Both the position numbers and the translations under genes were made by a program. A DNA stretch of 64,000 nt from Usitatibacteraceae bacterium. Lineage in GTDB: Bacteria > Pseudomonadota > Gammaproteobacteria > Burkholderiales > Usitatibacteraceae. Positions 58,977 through 64,000 of the stretch are shown one piece after another. The notes below the pieces were generated by a model. That model did no database searches, was not told the origin of the DNA, and worked only from the letters and a program-made list of their open reading frames with translations. The stretch's first letter is position 1, and each line of letters begins with the position of its first letter. Where the stretch lies: positions 40,579 through 104,578 of the forward strand of contig DASWEY010000019.1 in assembly GCA_036394575.1 (NCBI GenBank), read 5' to 3'.

Positions 58977-61900
58977 TTGCAGATGCAGTCATTTTTCGTG
59001 CTGGTACTGCTGTTCTTTGTAGTCGGGCCGATCGTGCTGTTTTTTCTGGTGCTGGGCGCGCGCAACCGCATCGATGCGCTGGAACGCAGCCAGAAGGAAA
59101 TGCGCGATGAGTTGCAACGCCTGCGCGGCCAGCCCGCCGCCAGGCCGGTCCCTGCCCGCGCGGTGGAATCGCCGGCCCCGGCCGCGCGCAGCGAAGCCGA
59201 GGCAAAACCTGCCACCGCCGCAATAACGCCGCCCGCGTCGGCACCCGCACCGCCGCCTGAAATCGTCAGCGCGCCCATTGCCAAACCGGCGCCGGGCCCG
59301 GCTTCAGCAAATGCCCCGGTTCCGGTCAGCATGCCGCGCAGGGAAATTACCGCAAGCGCCACGGAAGCGGATGCACCACCGCCGTATGAACCGTCGCCGC
59401 CACCAGCCTGGCTGGTGCATCTGAAAGAATGGCTGTTCGGCGGCAACCTGGTGGCCAAGGTCGGCCTGCTGATCCTGTTCTTCGGTGTGGGCTTCCTGCT
59501 CAAATATGCGGCGGCCCGCGTCACGGTACCGATCGAATTCCGCCTGATCGGTATCACCCTGGTCGATATCGGACTGCTGCTGTGGGGCTGGCGCATTCGC
59601 GCATCCCGTCCCGCCATCAGCCTGCCGGTGCAGGGCGCTGCACTGGCCATCCTGATGCTGGTGACCTTCGGCGCGTTCCGTCTTTACCATCTGATTCCCG
59701 GCGGTCTCGCTTTCGCATTGCTGTTTGTGCTGACGGCATTTACCTGCATCCTGGCGGTATTGCAAAACGCGGTATGGCTGGCGGTGTTCGGCATCGCCGG
59801 CGGTTTTGCGGCGCCGATCCTCACCTCAACCGGACAGGGCAGTCATATCGCGCTGTTCTCCTACTACGCCCTGCTCAATGCCGGCATTCTGGCGATCGCG
59901 CTCAAGCGCTCCTGGCGCGCGCTCAATCTGCTGGGCTTCATATTCACTTTCCTGATCGGCACCACTTGGGGCGTACTGCGCTACCAGCCGGAAAACTATG
60001 CCTCGGTGCAGGGTTTCCTGATCCTGTTCTTCGTGTTTTATGTGGCGATCGCCATCACTCACGCGATCAGGCAGGCGCCGCGGTTGAAGAATTATGTCGA
60101 CGGCACCCTGGTATTCGGCACGCCCCTGCTGGCCTTCGGCCTGCAATACGGCATCGTCCACGACAAGCCTTTCGGTCTTGCCTATTCGGCCCTGGCGCTC
60201 GGCCTGTTTTACATCGGGCTCTCCCTGCTGATGTGGCAGCGCCGCGGCAGCTCGCTGAAGCTGCTGGTGGAATCGTTCCTGGCGTTGGGCATCGTGTTCG
60301 GCACCCTGGCCATTCCCTTCGCGCTCGACGGCCGCTGGACCTCGGCCGCCTGGGCGCTGGAAGGCGCCGGCATCGTCTGGGTGGGCTTGCGGCAACGGCA
60401 GACGCTTGCCTGGGTGTTCGGCGTGCTGGTGCAGGTTGGCGCCTGGTTCTCCTTCATCGGTTCGGTCAGCGGTCTGACACCGTCGGTCGCTGCACAATCG
60501 AACCTGTGGCTGGGCTTCCTGCTGCTGGCCGGCACCGGGATGGCGATGGCGATGAATTTCCGCAAGCGATCCAGTGAAGGTGCGGCCGATGGCCAAGGCG
60601 GCGCATTGGCCCTGCTGGCCACCCTGTTCCTGGCGGTGGCTTCCGTCTGGCTGCTGGCCGGCGCGTGGACGGAAATCATCCTGCATATGCATGGCCATTT
60701 GCGCGGCACCCTGCTGGTGTTCAGCGCGGTGATGGTGGCAGGCATCCTCGGCATGGTGGCCAGAAGCCTCGAATGGAACGTGGCGCGTTACTTCGCCGTG
60801 CTGCCGCAAATCGCTGCCGGCGCGGCGCTGGCCTACGCATTGTTCAACGGCGACAGCATGCAATCGCAGGGCAATCTGTTCGACGGTCCCTTTCTCGGCG
60901 CCCTGCTGATCGCGCTCGGCGCCGGCTTCAGCGGCCTGATGTTTCATCGCCAGCCCGAGACCGGACATCGCGGCCTGTCGCGCATGTTGCTGGGCTGGAG
61001 CGCGCTATGGTGGTTTGCCCTGGTGCTGCCCAGCCTCGCCGCCTGGGGCGAGTGGATGCTGGCCGCCCACACCACGCTGGACGCCGGCCGCAGCGAGCTG
61101 TTCCATGCGCTGTACAACCTGTTCCTCGCCGCCGGCGCGATCGCTTTTGCGCGTCTCACCATCCGCCTCGACTGGGCCGATCTGCGCTGGCCGGCCGCCG
61201 TCGTCTGGCCGGGCCTGCTGATCGCCACCCTCGACATCCTCGACACCCTGCACGGCGGTGGCCTCAATCTGCCCGGCGCGCCCGCATGGGCTGGTTACAT
61301 TGCCCTGTGGCTCGCCGGCGAATGGCTGCTGGCCAATAGTCAGCGCACCGCCTGGTTGCTGCCCGAGGAGCGGCCGTGGACATTGCGTGTGCTGCACACC
61401 CTGCGCACCACCAGCCCCTGGCTGATCCTCTGGCCGCTGGGACACCACCTCATCACCCGGGCCCTGCAAGCCGGCTCGGCACAAGAGGCGATGCTGCTGG
61501 CCGAGGCCGGCTGGTACACCACCGGCAGCTGGGCGCGTTATCTGCCGGCCTGGGCGATGATGGCTTTCATCGGGGTGCTGATCACACGCGTTCTCGCCGC
61601 CGATGAGGATAACGACCGAGTGGACAACTGGCCGGTGGCGCCAATTCCCGAATGGTATCGGCACACCCTGATTCCGCTGGGCACGCTGTGGTCGCTGCTG
61701 CTCGTGCTGTTCTGGAACTTTGCGCATAACGGCCAGATGGCGCCCCTGCCCTATCTGCCCCTGCTCAATCCCCTCGACCTGAGCACCGGTTTCGCCGCGC
61801 TGCTGGGCATCGCCACCTGGCGGATGCATGGCGGGGCGGGCGCCGAGGTTCGCCCCTGGTCCAGCCGGGTGCTGCAGGCGGCCATGCTGCTGGCCTATCT

Positions 61901-62270
61901 CTGGTTCAATCTGATGCTGTTGCGCACCGCCGCCAATTATCTCGACATCCCTTATCGTTTCGATCGCCTGTTCCAGTCGCAATTCGTGCAGGCGATGCTG
62001 TCCCTGGTATGGAGCGCCACCGCCCTGGTGCTGATGCGTTTCGCCGCGCGCCGCGCCATGCGCACACCATGGATGGCCGGCGCCGCACTGCTGGCGCTGG
62101 TGGTCGCAAAATTGTTCTTTGTCGATCCCAATGTCGGCGGCATCGAGCGCATCGTGTCCTTCCTGGGTGTCGGCGCCCTGATGCTCGCTATCGGCTACCT
62201 GGCGCCTTTTCCGGGTTCAGCCGCTTCCGAGGGCATGGGCACCGATGAGAAAAACGCTGCGGCCGAATAA
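58977..62270 (+). CDS. DUF2339-family large polytopic membrane protein
   Basis: 1097 aa. N-terminal TM plus coiled segment (RIDALERSQKEMRDELQRLRG), a Pro/Ala-rich linker, then more than 20 predicted TM helices. Family call from memory. Confidence 0.75.
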   Translation: MQMQSFFVLVLLFFVVGPIVLFFLVLGARNRIDALERSQKEMRDELQRLRGQPAARPVPARAVESPAPAARSEAEAKPATAAITPPASAPAPPPEIVSAPIAKPAPGPASANAPVPVSMPRREITASATEADAPPPYEPSPPPAWLVHLKEWLFGGNLVAKVGLLILFFGVGFLLKYAAARVTVPIEFRLIGITLVDIGLLLWGWRIRASRPAISLPVQGAALAILMLVTFGAFRLYHLIPGGLAFALLFVLTAFTCILAVLQNAVWLAVFGIAGGFAAPILTSTGQGSHIALFSYYALLNAGILAIALKRSWRALNLLGFIFTFLIGTTWGVLRYQPENYASVQGFLILFFVFYVAIAITHAIRQAPRLKNYVDGTLVFGTPLLAFGLQYGIVHDKPFGLAYSALALGLFYIGLSLLMWQRRGSSLKLLVESFLALGIVFGTLAIPFALDGRWTSAAWALEGAGIVWVGLRQRQTLAWVFGVLVQVGAWFSFIGSVSGLTPSVAAQSNLWLGFLLLAGTGMAMAMNFRKRSSEGAADGQGGALALLATLFLAVASVWLLAGAWTEIILHMHGHLRGTLLVFSAVMVAGILGMVARSLEWNVARYFAVLPQIAAGAALAYALFNGDSMQSQGNLFDGPFLGALLIALGAGFSGLMFHRQPETGHRGLSRMLLGWSALWWFALVLPSLAAWGEWMLAAHTTLDAGRSELFHALYNLFLAAGAIAFARLTIRLDWADLRWPAAVVWPGLLIATLDILDTLHGGGLNLPGAPAWAGYIALWLAGEWLLANSQRTAWLLPEERPWTLRVLHTLRTTSPWLILWPLGHHLITRALQAGSAQEAMLLAEAGWYTTGSWARYLPAWAMMAFIGVLITRVLAADEDNDRVDNWPVAPIPEWYRHTLIPLGTLWSLLLVLFWNFAHNGQMAPLPYLPLLNPLDLSTGFAALLGIATWRMHGGAGAEVRPWSSRVLQAAMLLAYLWFNLMLLRTAANYLDIPYRFDRLFQSQFVQAMLSLVWSATALVLMRFAARRAMRTPWMAGAALLALVVAKLFFVDPNVGGIERIVSFLGVGALMLAIGYLAPFPGSAASEGMGTDEKNAAAE

Positions 62271-63769
62271 TGCGGAGATCATGCATGCCTGAAAAAAATA
62301 TCCATCCCACACTTGTCTTGCTGCTGGCGCTGACGCTATGCAACCTGCCGGCCACCGCCGCGGACGACAGGACAAAGTCCGACACGCCCGCCGATTACGC
62401 CTATGCCCTGCCGCTGCAAATCAGCGGCAAGCAGGGTGTGGTCGGATTGCGTCTGCCGTTGCCGGTATATCAGCAGGCCAGGACGGCGGCACTCGACGAT
62501 TTGCGGGTGTTCGATGCGCATGGCAATCCGCAACCCTTTGCGCTCTATCATCCGCAACCCGCAACGCCGGCGCAGCGGTCCACCCTGGCCGCCAATATTT
62601 TTCCGATCCGGGCACAGCGCAATACCGCCGCCGGCCCCGCCACCTTCGACCTCGACATCCGCACCCGCGCCGACGGCAGCGTGCTCTCGGTGCAGGCGCG
62701 AACCGGCAAGGGCGCCGGCGGCGGCGCACTCAGCAGCCTGCTGCTGGACTTCGGCGCCGATGCCATCGGCACTGGCACTGTCACGGATACCGCCAGCCCG
62801 ATGCGCATCGAGGCCCTGCGTTTTACCCTGCCACCCGCACAAACCGAATATACCGCCGAGGTCTGGCTCGAAACGAGTGCCGATTTGAAACGCTGGGACA
62901 CCGTTGGCGCCGCCGAATTGCGCTGGCTGCGCAACGATAATGCGCAGACGCTGGCCAGCGACCGGCTCGAATTCAGTCCGCAATCCTTCCGCTACGCGCG
63001 CCTCACCTGGCAGCGCGGCGAGCCCCTGCTGTTTACCGGAATCCAGGCGGAAACCATCATCCGCAAAACCGCGGAGCCGCCGCGCGAAACCCTGTGGATC
63101 CAACCCGTGCGTGCGCGGCAGGCCGGCGACCTCGCCTATCCCGCCGGCATCGCCATCCCGGTCGAGCAGATCGCATTGCGCTTCAGCGAACCCAATATCG
63201 TCTACCCGGTCGCGCTCGGCCAGTATGTGGAGCGGCCCAGCCGCCATAGCGGCAATCCGACCGAATGGCTGTTCGAGGCGCGGACCCGCGCCACCTTCTA
63301 CCAGATCACGCAAAACGAGCAGACCCGCCGCTCGGGCGCCATACAGGCCGGCGACGCGCACGCGCAGGAGTGGGTCATCCGCCCGCAGACCAATGGCGCC
63401 GGCGCCATGCCGGAACTCGGGCTTTCCTGGCAGCCGGCCACCCTGGTGTTCCTCGCCGGGGGCACGCCCCCGTACACGCTGAGCTTCGGCCGCAGCGATG
63501 CCGTCAATGCGGCCCAGCCCCTCAATCAGGTCGCCCCCAATTTCAGCGCACAGGAGCTGGGTCAGCTTGAGCTGGCGCAGGCCGGCGCGCTGCAATCCTC
63601 GGCCGGCAATGCGCAGGCAAACAGCGCCGCCGCGCAAGCCGGCATATCCGCCCGCAATCGCAGTCTGATGTTATGGGGGGTGCTCCTGCTCGGCGTATTG
63701 GTACTGGGCGGCATGGTCTGGCGACTGGTGAAGCAGATGAGGAGTGCTCCGCCTGCTGGCGGTGCGTGA
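62270..63769 (+). CDS. DUF3999-family protein (signal peptide, C-terminal TM anchor)
   Basis: 499 aa. The ATG overlaps the stop of the upstream gene (TAATG). YAYALPLQISGKQGVVGLRLPLPVY...DLRVFDAHGNPQPF. C-terminal TM LMLWGVLLLGVLVLGGMVW. Family call from memory. Confidence 0.7.
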   Translation: MRRSCMPEKNIHPTLVLLLALTLCNLPATAADDRTKSDTPADYAYALPLQISGKQGVVGLRLPLPVYQQARTAALDDLRVFDAHGNPQPFALYHPQPATPAQRSTLAANIFPIRAQRNTAAGPATFDLDIRTRADGSVLSVQARTGKGAGGGALSSLLLDFGADAIGTGTVTDTASPMRIEALRFTLPPAQTEYTAEVWLETSADLKRWDTVGAAELRWLRNDNAQTLASDRLEFSPQSFRYARLTWQRGEPLLFTGIQAETIIRKTAEPPRETLWIQPVRARQAGDLAYPAGIAIPVEQIALRFSEPNIVYPVALGQYVERPSRHSGNPTEWLFEARTRATFYQITQNEQTRRSGAIQAGDAHAQEWVIRPQTNGAGAMPELGLSWQPATLVFLAGGTPPYTLSFGRSDAVNAAQPLNQVAPNFSAQELGQLELAQAGALQSSAGNAQANSAAAQAGISARNRSLMLWGVLLLGVLVLGGMVWRLVKQMRSAPPAGGA

Positions 63770-63796
63770 CCGCATTCACGGAAAAATTTGATGAAA

Positions 63797-63826
63797 CAAA
63801 AATGCCCGCAGATTGCGGGCATTTTC
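63797..63826. terminator. Bidirectional rho-independent terminator between convergent genes
   Basis: aaaaATGCCCGCAgattTGCGGGCATtttc. Confidence 0.7.
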
Positions 63827-63849
63827 ATTGGCGAAGATGAAGGCGTCCT

Positions 63850-64000
63850 CTACTCCCACTCGATCGTCGCCGGCGGCTTGCCGGAAACGTCATACACCAC
63901 ACGATTGAAGCCGCGCACTTCATTGATGATGCGGTTCGACACCTTGCCCAGCAGGCTATAGGGCAACTCGGCCCAGTGCGCGGTCATGAAGTCGGTGGTT
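63850..64000 (-). CDS. guaA: GMP synthase, 3' end only (gene continues past the right edge)
   Basis: The reverse-strand translation ends ...[17 protein letters not shown]-stop (stop at 63850-63852), the characteristic GuaA C-terminus. Confidence 0.85.
   Translation of the reverse strand, partial: TTDFMTAHWAELPYSLLGKVSNRIINEVRGFNRVVYDVSGKPPATIEWE

Overview
64-kb chromosomal window from a high-G+C proteobacterium. The gene content and order look betaproteobacterial (Burkholderiales-like), but that is inference from protein motifs only. I support about 56 protein genes, 3 tRNAs (Pro-CGG, Glu-UUC, Ala-GGC), several rho-independent terminators, one textbook sigma-70 promoter, and NrdR and DnaA boxes upstream of nrdA. 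Most of the window is housekeeping: nrdA/nrdB, ampD, a pilS/pilR-like pair, fpr, ispB, rplU-rpmA-obg-proB, gltX, dcd, apbC, metG-arfB-acyP, dnaE, tadA and the guaA 3' end. It also holds two large signalling proteins (MASE1-PAS-GGDEF-EAL and a CHASE/PAS hybrid kinase) and a WS/DGAT plus two-hydrolase lipid cluster. Two visibly AT-richer accessory islands interrupt this core. Island 1 (about 1.8-7.1 kb, next to hicAB and abutting the nrdB 3' end) carries an ABC/OLD-like ATPase whose stop codon directly abuts the start of a cytoplasmic trypsin-fold serine protease. I do not recognise this pair as a named system, so it is my best candidate for an undescribed anti-phage system. The island also holds an orphan lipoprotein and a coiled-coil/2-TM membrane protein. 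Island 2 (about 44.9-47.9 kb) is a four-gene operon whose products all carry signal peptides: a SirB1-like transglutaminase/TPR protein, a short signal-peptide + Rhs-core-tip + DUF2778/Tlde1-like L,D-transpeptidase-fold toxin, and two tandem paralogous immunity-like proteins. There is no T6SS or full-length rhs gene nearby. The intergenic DNA carries two repeat families. One is an 80-90 bp nested hairpin with 11 copies, whose central hairpin occurs in both polarities. The other is a 33-nt REP-like hairpin that also forms an inverted doublet. I found no CRISPR array, rRNA, transposase, integrase or prophage genes. Coordinates of non-coding features were read by eye and may be off by 1-3 nt.
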